NCBI GenBank assembly: GCA_963758525.1 | Contig: CAVWVQ010000003.1 | Coordinates: 4,256,001-4,320,000, forward strand | Direction of reading: 5' to 3' | DNA: 64,000 nt | Origin: an uncultured Phycisphaerales bacterium | GTDB taxonomy: Bacteria > Planctomycetota > Phycisphaerae > Tepidisphaerales > Tepidisphaeraceae | Translations under genes and position numbers: made by a program | The notes under the pieces: generated by a model | Seen by the model: only the letters and a program-made list of their open reading frames with translations | The model's database searches: none | What the model was told of the DNA's origin: nothing | Shown: positions 44,587-54,722 of the stretch, piece by piece | How positions within the stretch are numbered: the stretch's first letter is position 1 | How the letters are laid out: each line of letters begins with the position of its first letter

Positions 44587-44836
44587 AGTCCCTGCCGGCA
44601 TCGTGGACCGTTGATGGAGCGCAATGACTGGTGAGCAAAGACGACCGAGACCAAACCGGACTGCAATCAGGTCATCGCCTATACCAACGTCAATCAGGAT
44701 GCGCTGCTGCGATCACCGCCGACAACTACGATCCGGGCAATCCGTCCAACGTCGGCAAGGACTGGATCACCGACGATCAGTACGATGTCACGGGCCGCCG
44801 GACCGAGTCGATCGGCGCCTCGGCAATTCTCGCACA

Positions 44837-45632
44837 TCACCGCTTTCCCACGATCGCGGTGTCGTCGATTACCAGGTCCGAACCCGAATCGCTGTAGGTT
44901 GCGCTGATCCGGATTCGATAACGGCCGCTCTTCACATAGGCGTGGGCTCCGCTGACCGCAAAGATCTCCGAGCTTGCGCCCGGCGACACTTCGCCGCCGC
45001 CGCCCACATCGGTGAATGTGCCATCCGTGGTCGTGCCGTCTCCCCAGTCGATGCTCACCTCGGTCGGGGAGGCGTCCTCGGGTCCGACCTGTTCGCTGGT
45101 GAACCTCCCAAGCCGGCGGGTGAAACTGGTCCCGGCAGTGGTCGCGATCGTCAGGCCCTTTCCCCCAAAAGGCGAATCGGAATCCGCCCGGCTCAACGTG
45201 GAGTTCTGCGTCACGGGGATCGCGACCGTCGCTCCGGCCAGACGCTTCGCGTTGCGATACACCTTGATCACGGCTGAGTACGTGCCGGGTCTGGCGAAAG
45301 TCGGAACGTCAACGCTTAGGTTCAGGGCCCCCATATCATCGAAGGAGGGCGAAATCGACTGCGCCGGCTGGCCTGTGAACTTGACGGTCGCGGTGTATTG
45401 ATCGGCCGCCGCCTCGTCGAAGGCGCCGCCGGCAAACTCCGCAAAAATCTGGGCGACGCTTTCGCTTTCCCCGGCGACGATTCCCGCTCCACCGGGATCG
45501 AGCTGCACGGTTCGCGTTATCGCGCCGGCCGCGCCACTGAACAGGCATCGGGACTCCAGCGGTTCGACGACCGAGATAGGCGCGTTGGACACCCTCGACT
45601 GCCGCGTGCTCAAATGGCCGACGATGTGCAGC
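44837..45632 (-). CDS. Planctomycete extracellular protein with Ig/PKD-like domains (start uncertain)
   Basis: VEPLESRCLFS (LEPRxLL-like), IDWGDG, HAY..SG.Y. Confidence 0.65.
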
Positions 45633-46334
45633 ATCAGAGTCTCCTCGACCGTTACGGAATCACGAAACGGTATGACGCCCATTCGGCTCCTGCAAGCGGG
45701 GCGTTGCGACCATCTATCACCGCCTCCGTCGTTCCAAGCGACTGCGGTTGCGGAGAAGCCGGAGGGAGGCTGGACATAGTCGCCGTTGGAACCGGCTGAG
45801 ATCCGGCCCCTGCGGTCCGCGGTGGAACTTCGGATCGTTTGGGCGAATGCAGCCGTCGTCCTCGAGCGCGTACAAAACGCCGGGCTGTCTTTTTGCACCA
45901 CTCCATTCGCGCATTTCTCGCTCGTCCCATAAAAGCATTTCCGCTGCTAGGCAATTCAGCCTCGTTCGCAAACCCAACGGCCCCATAACGTTGCCGCAAA
46001 ATCCGTCGGTTTCGGCTCTAAAGTGAGGGTGTTATCGGGGTCGATGAAAAGCACGTCGGAAAAGGCCGCACAGGCCGCAAGGCCGGCGCAGGCCGTACGG
46101 ACTTGTCGGAAAGGAGCGCGCAAATGAACTGAACGGTCGACGTATCGGCGGCACGCGAGAGCGTCTGGCCGCATCGACCTCAGGCCGCTGGTGTGGCGTC
46201 CCCTGGCACTACCAGCATCGTGCCTCAATTCAAGGGAATGAAAGCGTCCGACGGAACGCAGACCGGAAGACGCAAAACCAAACGGAAGCTTCAACCCCCC
46301 AGCATCAAGCTTCCGTAGTCACGGAGAGACAGTC

Positions 46335-47744
46335 ATGAGCACTATAAACACCAATGTTACGTCGCTCATCGCGCAACGCGCGTTGGCGACGAACAACAAA
46401 AATTTGAATACGAGCCTTGAGCGGCTCAGCACCGGTTTGAAGATCAACAGCGGCGCCGATGATCCGGCAGGACTCATCGCGTCGCAATCCCTCGGCGCCG
46501 AGCAGGTTGGTCTCCAGGCTGCCATCAGCAACGCCACCAGCGCGACGAACGTCATCGGAACGGCCGAAGGTGGTTTGAACGAAGTCAGCAACCTGCTGAC
46601 GCAGCTCAACGGCCTGGTCAACTCCTCAGCCAATACCGGCGGTCTGTCATCAGACGAAATCGCCGCCAATCAGCTGCAGGTCGACTCGATTCTGAGCACG
46701 ATCAACCGTCTGGCAGGGTCCACCACATTCAACGGGAATCACCTTCTTGACGGCACGCTGGACTACACCACCAGCAGCGCCGCCGCGTCGGCCTTCTCAT
46801 CCATTGCGGTGAATCAGGCGACTCTTCCGCAGAACAAGACCGAAAGCGTTGTCGTCAACGTCCTCAACAGTGCCACCGTCGGCAATGTTCTCTTCACGGG
46901 CGCAGCCACCGTCAGCGCCACCACGCTGCAGATTGCGGGCGCCCAGGGCACGCAGCAACTGAGCTTCGGCAGCGGCACCACCGTGGCCCAGATCGCCACC
47001 GCGGTCAACGCCTTGTCCTCGACCACCGGCGTCACTGCCTCAGCCACGGCCGGCAAGCTCAACTTCCTCGCGTCCGCCTCCGGGTCAAAGAACTACGTCT
47101 CGGTCCAGTCCCTGTCCGGCACCTTCGCCATCACCGGCGGAACCAGCGGCAAGGCGTTTGGAAAAGACGCGGTTGTGCAGGTCAACGGAGCCCAGGCTCA
47201 GGCCAACGGCACCGCCGTTCACTACAGCAGCAACAACCTGGATCTGAACTTCACGCTCAGCACCGCGCTCAATGGCGGCAAGAGCAAGACGTTTGGAATC
47301 ACCGGCGGCGGGGCGACGTTTGCGCTCGGCGCAACGGTTTCCGACAGCACCAACGCGAGCATCGGCATCAAGTCGGTGTCCACCGGAAGCCTCGGCGACG
47401 GCACCACCGGGTTCCTCAACACCCTGGGCTCGGGCGGCACGAACTCCCTGAGTGCCACCAGTCTGGTCAACGCGCAGAAGATCGTGACCAACGCGATCAG
47501 TCAGGTCGCTTCGCTTCGCGGTCGGCTCGGCGCGTTCCAGGACTTCACGATCGGTTCGACGATCAACAGCCTCAACGTCGCGTATGAAAACGCGTCGTCG
47601 GCCAAGAGCGCCATTACCGATACCGACTTCGCCGCGGAAACCGCCAATCTGACCCGCAATCAGATTCTTTCTCAGGCAGCCACCAGCGTGCTGTCACAGG
47701 CCAACGCGGCCCCTCAATTGGCCCTCAAGCTTCTCGGAGCATAA
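46335..47744 (+). CDS. fliC: Second flagellin
   Basis: MSTINTNVTSL..RLSTGLKINSGADDPAGL; DTDFAAETANLTRNQIL. Confidence 0.96.
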   Translation: MSTINTNVTSLIAQRALATNNKNLNTSLERLSTGLKINSGADDPAGLIASQSLGAEQVGLQAAISNATSATNVIGTAEGGLNEVSNLLTQLNGLVNSSANTGGLSSDEIAANQLQVDSILSTINRLAGSTTFNGNHLLDGTLDYTTSSAAASAFSSIAVNQATLPQNKTESVVVNVLNSATVGNVLFTGAATVSATTLQIAGAQGTQQLSFGSGTTVAQIATAVNALSSTTGVTASATAGKLNFLASASGSKNYVSVQSLSGTFAITGGTSGKAFGKDAVVQVNGAQAQANGTAVHYSSNNLDLNFTLSTALNGGKSKTFGITGGGATFALGATVSDSTNASIGIKSVSTGSLGDGTTGFLNTLGSGGTNSLSATSLVNAQKIVTNAISQVASLRGRLGAFQDFTIGSTINSLNVAYENASSAKSAITDTDFAAETANLTRNQILSQAATSVLSQANAAPQLALKLLGA

Positions 47745-47812
47745 GAGGGCCCTACCCGAGACTCGTGAGGGATTGAGCTGACCCCCGAGTTTCACTTTTC
47801 CGACAAGTCCAA

Positions 47813-47849
47813 CCACCCCCGGTCCTGCGACCGGGGGTGGATTTTTTTT
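47813..47849 (+). terminator. Intrinsic terminator after the second flagellin
   Basis: ccacccccggtc-ctgc-gaccgggggtgg-a-tttttttt. Confidence 0.85.
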
Positions 47850-47906
47850 GGCGCGACGGGTTGTCGCCAATCAGTCCAAATACTTTGGAAGCCCGCGGGG
47901 CGCCCC

Positions 47907-47963
47907 GTAGCACAGCCGTCTCGGCTGTGACGCCAAAGCCACAGCCGAGACGGCTGTGCTACA
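47907..47963. repeat. Second GTAG-family REP doublet
   Basis: GTAGCACAGCCGTCTCGGCTGTG...CACAGCCGAGACGGCTGTGCTAC. Confidence 0.85.
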
Positions 47964-47990
47964 TTCCGCCTCTCAAACGCGTGAAGAGTT

Positions 47991-48254
47991 TTACCTTCCG
48001 CCTGCCCCGGCCGCGCCGCTGCTGCCGCCGCCGACGGCACCGTTGCCGGTTCCAGCGGTTCCGGTTCCTCCGGAACCAATGTCGGGGGCCCGCGTCGGGT
48101 TGTCTGTCCTCTGGTCCGAGTAGCCGCTCGGGGTAGCTCCGGTACCCGTCGGGTTTCCATTGCCGCTGCCTCCGTTGGCACAGCCGGCCAATGCGATAAC
48201 TCCTGCTAGGGACCCGACTACGCAAAATGATCTGATCAGAATTGAGCTGCGCAT
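47991..48254 (-). CDS. Small Gly-rich lipoprotein
   Basis: Signal peptide with lipobox LAGC and a low-complexity tail. Confidence 0.55.
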   Translation of the reverse strand: MRSSILIRSFCVVGSLAGVIALAGCANGGSGNGNPTGTGATPSGYSDQRTDNPTRAPDIGSGGTGTAGTGNGAVGGGSSGAAGAGGR

Positions 48255-48401
48255 GGTTTCTCCAAAGTTCTTGGCTGCTTTGATCCACTGGGGAACTGCC
48301 CAACGCATGCTCATGTTCAGCAAACCGAAAGCCTGACGGCGAACGCCGCTCCGATCGCCGGGCGGACCGCCCGCGGATTATCCTAACATATACCGTACAA
48401 A

Positions 48402-48641
48402 ATGCGGCAGCTTCAGGGTAAGGTGCGCTGCATGGATACGGCAGGCCTGACCTCCGAACAGCGCGATCGTTTGAAGCGAACGATTATTCTGCAACGCGAC
48501 GCGTTGTGGAGGATCCACAAACGTATGGAGGCAGTCGGCTGGTTTACAGACGATCCGCTCTATCAGGCCGTCCTTGCCGCATATCACGCGCTGCACGCGA
48601 CTGTCAACGTCATCACCGCCGCGTCCAAACGCCCGCGTTAG
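48402..48641 (+). CDS. Small hypothetical protein with upstream candidate LexA box
   Basis: 79 aa helical ORF; CCTAACatataCCGTAC at 48382-48398. Confidence 0.55.
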   Translation: MRQLQGKVRCMDTAGLTSEQRDRLKRTIILQRDALWRIHKRMEAVGWFTDDPLYQAVLAAYHALHATVNVITAASKRPR

Positions 48642-49018
48642 AGAAATCCGGTTTGGCTGTTCTGCGAATCCGCTTTGTCCAGGGGGGCGGCATCCTTCCC
48701 CGGGCTCCTTCTTACTAAACGACCGCGCGCGATCCCGCCGGGTCCGCGGGTCCCTAGAAAGCAGAACACGAATTGACACGAATGTCGCACGAATCCTCAC
48801 GAAGCAGGCTTCCCGCGTTTATTCGTGATATTCGTGCTTCATTCGTGCTGATTCGTATTCCCTCTTCCTGGGTTCGCGCGGCACTTGGCAGATGGACAGC
48901 GCGTGTTCGCGGACGGGCATTTAGAAAAAAAAAGCCGCTCTGGGCAAGAATTTTATTTTGTGCTTGACACGGTATCGCCAGTTGCGTTTTGGCCAAAACT
49001 GTGGCAAGAACTGACGAC

Positions 49019-49222
49019 TCAATTTTCGTCCCTAATTGCTTTGATTTCCGTTTCGATAGCGGTCAATTCACCTTCGGTCATGCGGTGATTTTTCCGCTCT
49101 GCCAATTTCGGCACTCCCCTGTAGACACCGAGATAAAATTGTTCTTCGGTGAATGCTCCGATTTTCTTTTCGATGATCCCCTTCGCTTCCCCCAGCGTAA
49201 ATCTGTTTCTCGCCTTTTTCAT
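49019..49222 (-). CDS. Small hypothetical protein
   Basis: 67 aa ORF MKKARNRFTLGEAKGII with SD-like AAGGGA. Confidence 0.5.
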   Translation of the reverse strand: MKKARNRFTLGEAKGIIEKKIGAFTEEQFYLGVYRGVPKLAERKNHRMTEGELTAIETEIKAIRDEN

Positions 49223-49799
49223 CTTGTTCCCTTTCCGTCGGCCTGCATGGCGGCGATGGTCATTTCTTCGTCGGCGGCGTTCAGTGTTGCGGCAAACTCT
49301 GCCATTCGCTGGTCTTCGGCCATACTGGTGAGCGTCGCTGCCAGTTGCGCGTTCCGCACGATCCACGCGGAGAAAACCCGTAGTGCATCGAACTGGTTCC
49401 TACCTCAAATACTTTCGCCGAATAATCTGTAGCGGCGTCATCGTCCCGACACATCGATTGCGGCCAATTATCTGGGGGATCGGCAAAAAAGGAAATCCAC
49501 ATCTTCGCGCGCGGTTAAAAATCGTAATTGCCGAAAATATTCAGGGTTACGGCGGTTCCTCTCCGTGCTAATTCCTGCGGAGTTGCACAGAAGGGCTTGT
49601 TTTGTAGGTTCAAAATAAAATGTTGCGCACAGAAGGCTTGTTTTCTACGTCTGCGGGAATGCTCTTGGGGTGCCCCGCGGAGTGACTGGCCGGGGTGTCT
49701 CGCCTCGGTGCGTCGGCCCCGCCAGCGTTGCGGTTTCCCGGCCCCACACCGCGAAACGATTGGATACTTGGGTCGTTTGTGCGATTGGATACTTCGCGA

Positions 49800-50180
49800 T
49801 CATGCGCCGGTGGCGGGCTCGTCGGGGATTTGCTTTTTTAATCCGTGGCACACGGGGCATTCCAAGTCGTTTCGGCCCGTTGCCCCTCGGTTCCCATAGC
49901 TCTTTGGTGGTGGTGAACCCGTGCCCCCGCAAGCGGGGCAATTTGGCAATGATGGGTCCACAGTTCCAGCGGCAACCACCTTGTCAATTGCGATTTTTGC
50001 TTCCGCAAGGGTCTGCGCCGTGGGAATCTGGATCAGGTATCGCGTCCGTCCACGGGCTGGCCGGATAATTCTGAATACCGTTCTAGGCTGCCCGCTTTCA
50101 CCTGCTTCGGGTGTCTCCCGTACTTGCTGAATGAAGTAGCCGTTGTGCTCAATCTGCTTGCCGATATTCTCTGTTTTCAT
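49800..50180 (-). CDS. Small protein with DnaJ-type zinc-finger motifs
   Basis: CPACGGTG ... CPVCHG. Confidence 0.55.
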   Translation of the reverse strand: MKTENIGKQIEHNGYFIQQVRETPEAGESGQPRTVFRIIRPARGRTRYLIQIPTAQTLAEAKIAIDKVVAAGTVDPSLPNCPACGGTGSPPPKSYGNRGATGRNDLECPVCHGLKKQIPDEPATGA

Positions 50181-50444
50181 TCTGCAAAGCTTATGCGTCC
50201 GCAAGGCCGATGCCCAGCCCCTAAAAGACTCACCGGGGGCCGGTTTCAGTCCTGAACGGGGCGCAAACGGCACTGTATTTCCGGTCCGGGTTGTCGGCGT
50301 CAATCGATTTGGCTACGCGCTGCTCGCCGTGGGTGGCAGCCGCGCCTGCTCGCTGCTTCAACAGCGTATTCAGCCTTCTTCCGCGAAATTTGACAGTAGA
50401 GTAGCCCACAAGATACTAGACGATCACAACGAAGGGATCGACCC

Positions 50445-51677
50445 ATGAACCGCAATGCATTCGCTGGGATCGTGGCACTTCTGCTTGTTCTGGCTTGGCC
50501 AAACCTACAGCCCACCTACGCCGGAGACGACGACAAACAGATCGTTGACTCGTTTAAGGCGTTCGTTCCAAAATTCATTGAGGGCTGGAAAAAGCATAGT
50601 ATTGATGTCTACAAAACTCCCGCTGTAGTCACGCACATTCGATTCGACGTAAAAAAAACGGACAGTGCGGTGAATCCGCTTGTGGGCGTGTTGGAATGGT
50701 GGCAGCCGAGCGCTACCGGGAAGTGCGACGACGAAAACCACGACGACCGGTCTCTAACCATACAAATCAGCGACGGGAAATGGGTGGTCACCGAGGCTAT
50801 TCTCACGATTCATATTTCCGGATTTCCACCGATGCATTTAGACCCGCCCGATGCTGAAACCGACACGATGAAAGAGGTTGCCGCAGACGTGCAGAAAATC
50901 GAGGAACCAGTCTCAGGAGGGGAGACGAAGGTTTCCGAAGACGATGAAGCGGCGTTTCAACGGTATCGTAAGGCGGCAGAGGCTGGGACTGCAGTGGGAA
51001 TGTATAATCTCGCAGGGCTGTACGACCTCGGTAAGTATGTAGGCCGGAATGATGCAGAAGCTGTTAAATGGTATCGCAAGGCATCAGATGCCGGCCTGGC
51101 AGTAGCGATGAACGCCATGGGCCGCATGTACCAGCTCGGCAGGGGTGTTCCTCAGAATGATGCAGAAGCTGTTAAATGGTATCGCAAGGCATCAGATGCC
51201 GGCCTGACAGTCGCGATGAACGCCATGGGCTGCATGTACCAACTCGGCAAGGGTGTTCCCCAAGACCATGGCGAGGCGTTAAAATGGTATCGCAAGGCAG
51301 TGGACGCCGGGGACGCGGACGCAATGGTAAACGTGGGTGTCATGTATGAAGACGGCTATGGCGTCGAAAAGAACGATGCGGAGGCGGTTGCGTGGTATCG
51401 TAAGGGAGCGGAAGCCGGAAGCGTTGGGGGGATGAATATCCTCGGACTGTGGTACCGGAACGGAAGAGTTTTGGCCCACGACGACGGCGAGGCAGTGAAA
51501 TGGTTCCGTAGTGCAGCAGTTGCTGGCAACGCGGACGCAATGAATAACTTGGGCTTCATGTACGCCACAGGCCATGGCGTGGTGCAGGATCAAAATCAGG
51601 CCGAAGTGTGGTTTCGCAAGGCCGCCGCGGCCGGAAACGAAATCGCAAAGGCTAATCTGTTGAAATTGGGGCGTTAG
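50445..51677 (+). CDS. Secreted SEL1-like repeat protein
   Basis: Signal peptide; about six A..NLG.MY..G.GV..D...A..WYRKAA repeats. Confidence 0.9.
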   Translation: MNRNAFAGIVALLLVLAWPNLQPTYAGDDDKQIVDSFKAFVPKFIEGWKKHSIDVYKTPAVVTHIRFDVKKTDSAVNPLVGVLEWWQPSATGKCDDENHDDRSLTIQISDGKWVVTEAILTIHISGFPPMHLDPPDAETDTMKEVAADVQKIEEPVSGGETKVSEDDEAAFQRYRKAAEAGTAVGMYNLAGLYDLGKYVGRNDAEAVKWYRKASDAGLAVAMNAMGRMYQLGRGVPQNDAEAVKWYRKASDAGLTVAMNAMGCMYQLGKGVPQDHGEALKWYRKAVDAGDADAMVNVGVMYEDGYGVEKNDAEAVAWYRKGAEAGSVGGMNILGLWYRNGRVLAHDDGEAVKWFRSAAVAGNADAMNNLGFMYATGHGVVQDQNQAEVWFRKAAAAGNEIAKANLLKLGR

Positions 51678-51701
51678 CTGCGAGCATGGTAACGTGGGGG
51701 A

Positions 51702-51914
51702 ATGGAATGCACGATGACGTTCCGCGTTAGCGATCAGGAGAAGCTCGACAAGGTTGTAGGCCGACTCTTGGATCACGCTGTCAATAGTGGCCATATGCCG
51801 GCGGGTGAAGCCAAGGAGATAATGGAAAAGCTGCTGGGTGAAATTGATACTTTGACCGATCCCGAAGTTGCGTTCATTCTTAATGGGGACCAAGGGGAAC
51901 AACCAGTGGTGTAG
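51702..51914 (+). CDS. Small hypothetical protein
   Basis: 70 aa acidic helical ORF. Confidence 0.45.
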   Translation: MECTMTFRVSDQEKLDKVVGRLLDHAVNSGHMPAGEAKEIMEKLLGEIDTLTDPEVAFILNGDQGEQPVV

Positions 51915-52035
51915 AACGTCACGGCCAATCCGCCTTCTCACCAGTTCCCGAAATTCTTCATCGGACATGTTCTGCAAGGCGCGAACCGCCCGCTCACGAG
52001 TTTAATTTGTGGCGATTCAGCAGTAGAATGATGCC

Positions 52036-52251
52036 GTGCCGAAAAAGACGATCAAAGTGGGCGATACGGTTATTCATGCTGAGAGTCACTATCGGGGAGT
52101 GGTCACAGCGGTTCATTCAAACGACACGATTAGCATCCGGCGCAGCGCCGGAATAACGACCTGGCGCAAAAGCGACGTTCATGCGATCGCTACCGCCGGT
52201 GTGGTATCCACGAAAAAGAAGAGGAGCCCAAAGAAGACCAAAAGCGGCTAA
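52036..52251 (+). CDS. Small basic protein, SH3/KOW-like
   Basis: IKVGDTV..YRGVVTAV..TISIR; Lys-rich tail. Confidence 0.45.
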   Translation: MPKKTIKVGDTVIHAESHYRGVVTAVHSNDTISIRRSAGITTWRKSDVHAIATAGVVSTKKKRSPKKTKSG

Positions 52252-52855
52252 GGCAGGCGACAGGTGGCGAAAACCTTCTCCCTTTTTGCGTAAAGACGAA
52301 ACGCAATTCCTTCCCGTCGCCCATTGGGCTGGGGCCGAGCTTTTCGACCGGCTCTCGTGTCCCACTGCGGGATCGCGCCAGTGACGGGATGGCGTTGGCA
52401 GCGCCCACGTTCGCTTCCCTCGCCGCGGCTCGGTTTCATCTGCTACGGCATCATCACGCGCGCAGCTACGGCGGCGGATCGTCACGGCATGATGCAAGAG
52501 ATAATCTCCTGGCGGGGCAAATAAATCTGGCGGCCGAATTTGTTCGGCCTGGGGGGCTTACGTCGCGTATGTCGCGTATAATGCTTCTGGTTCTTTTGGC
52601 GTCGGCTCCGCGCGTCGCGTTGTCCTGCCACAGAACGGCAAGGAGGTTTTATGAAGATCATGTTAGTCGGCGGGTCATTTGATGGCGAAATAGATTTGCC
52701 TGACTCAACAACCGTGGCACAGCTTCCCGATGTTCTTGTGTGCCGCTCAACTCTGGACTTTCCACACAACAACATTGAAATGCGGCGGGAAGAATATAAG
52801 TTGCATGATCCCCGCTCCACGCCAGCTATTTACAAGCATTAAGAGAGTCAGCAAC

Positions 52856-53893
52856 ATGAAATTCCGAAGGCAACCTGGACCTGCGTGTCTCGTGGCTGTA
52901 TTCATCGCGCTCATAATCATCTCAGGCTGCAAGAGCGAAGAAGAAAAGGCGCGAAAAGCAAGAGTCGTGCGCGAGGGGCGAGATTCGGCGTACGCTAAAG
53001 TCGTGGACCTGATAGAAAAGGGTGACCAAGCTGAGAGTGCCGGTGAACATCAATCCGCTATCGACAGCTACTTGTCCGCCGAGGACGCGGCGGAGGACCA
53101 AACGAGACAAAATGGTGATGCGAGATTTGCCGCTAAGTATGAAGAGGCTCGTCAGAAGTCTGACAAGGCACGTTCCGCCGACACAGCGGCGCTTGATAAA
53201 AAGCAAGAGCTTGAGCGTCTCCAGCAACTGCAATTTGCTCAGTCCGAACGGATCAAACGTGAGGCCAATGAAAGCCAAAGCGCGGACATTTTTACTGCCG
53301 CCCGCCAAGGCTATAGGGAACGCATTGAAGAACTGCTAATGGTCAGGCCAGAGTTGGTCAACGAGGAAGAGAACGGAGAAACACCTCTGTTCGAGGCGCA
53401 CACGAAAGAAACTGCCGAGCTGTTAATCAAACACGGCGCAAATGTCAAATTCGGTTCGGGTTTTAATAGAACGCCACTTCACGCGGCAGCCGAAAACGGC
53501 TGCGTTGACGTTGCAGAGGTTCTATTGCAACATGGTGCCGACGTAAATGCGCAATACGTCTACGGAACGCCTTTGCGCGCTGTGTTCCCCATCATGATTT
53601 GCGATTGGGCGCGACTGTCTCACGATGAACACGTGATATCGGACCAGCAACGTGCGATGTGCAGATTCCTTGTGGCTCACGGCGCTGATGTCAACGCCGA
53701 GTGTCGGTCGGAGACGTTGCTACATGAATTTGCATCAAGCAGCCGACCCCCTGAAGGATATGAAATCGATCTTGATTCTGTCCAATTCATCGTTTCGCTC
53801 GGGCCGTCGCCTTCCGTAATTGATGAGGCATATCGGCAAGCGGTGGTTGATGGAAATCAAGATATTGCCGACCTGCTTCGCGCGAAGAAGTAA
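52856..53893 (+). CDS. Lipoprotein with coiled-coil and ankyrin repeats
   Basis: Lipobox ISGC; GETPL, RTPLHAAAENG..VAEVLLQHGADVNA, GADVNA. Confidence 0.85.
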   Translation: MKFRRQPGPACLVAVFIALIIISGCKSEEEKARKARVVREGRDSAYAKVVDLIEKGDQAESAGEHQSAIDSYLSAEDAAEDQTRQNGDARFAAKYEEARQKSDKARSADTAALDKKQELERLQQLQFAQSERIKREANESQSADIFTAARQGYRERIEELLMVRPELVNEEENGETPLFEAHTKETAELLIKHGANVKFGSGFNRTPLHAAAENGCVDVAEVLLQHGADVNAQYVYGTPLRAVFPIMICDWARLSHDEHVISDQQRAMCRFLVAHGADVNAECRSETLLHEFASSSRPPEGYEIDLDSVQFIVSLGPSPSVIDEAYRQAVVDGNQDIADLLRAKK

Positions 53894-54722
53894 TTGCGGT
53901 ATCGTCCGACGGGTGGCGCTTTCGTCTTGCTGCGCCCGCATCATCCGCCCTCCCCTTGCGGCCGTGCCCCGTGGTTCCACGGCCACCTTTGGCCCACGGA
54001 CCCCGCGAGTCCAGTTGAGTCAAGAAACTCCTCAATCTTCAAAAAATGGTCAAAAAACGTGGAAAACGGCGGTCGGTCTTTCGGGGGAAAAAGTTGTAGA
54101 TATTTCGACTACCCCTTGGGGTCAACGGCGCTGGTGTGGTGAATGATCGGCGCGCGGTCCCTCGGATTTCCCTGGCTCGCGTCGCCCCCGAATTTGGGGA
54201 CACTTCACACAATGATTGCGAGTCGTCTTCTGGGGTCCGCGAAGCCAGTTCCCTTTTAGGATTTTCTACGGAAAAAATGCGCAAGATGGCGTGCGGTCGG
54301 TTGCGGTGTGTCATTTTCCTATTTCACCTCCCCCCTGGTGGTTGGATGCCACGCGGCGTTCTGTGCCTCGCCGGCGAAGCGGGTAGGTGTGGTGCCCGTC
54401 TACTGCGGTGGTGCAGTCGCGGCGGTGGGGACGACGTGGGAGCGAGTGAGGCAAGAACGGAATCGGCGAAACGAGCGTGAAACGGTGGTGAAAGCGGGTC
54501 GAAACCGGGGTGAATCGGGGGTGAAGCTCGGTCGAAACCGGGGTGAAGATGGGGCGAAATGGTGGTGGAAGTGGGGTGCCTGTTTCCGCCATCCACCGAG
54601 AGAGTCACCAGCGTTCACTTGCGGGCGCGCGCAATTATGTCGTGCCGATGGATTCGGCCCGACAGGGGGCGGGTGATTTCATTCCTACTCCCCCTGTAGG
54701 AGCGAATGTTCGTAAACCCTTG

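Noticed and set aside
46240..46300. c-di-GMP-I riboswitch suggested by GACGCAAAAC before flagellin
   Set aside because: The upstream GGCAAA and GNRA-capped stem of the motif are not present.
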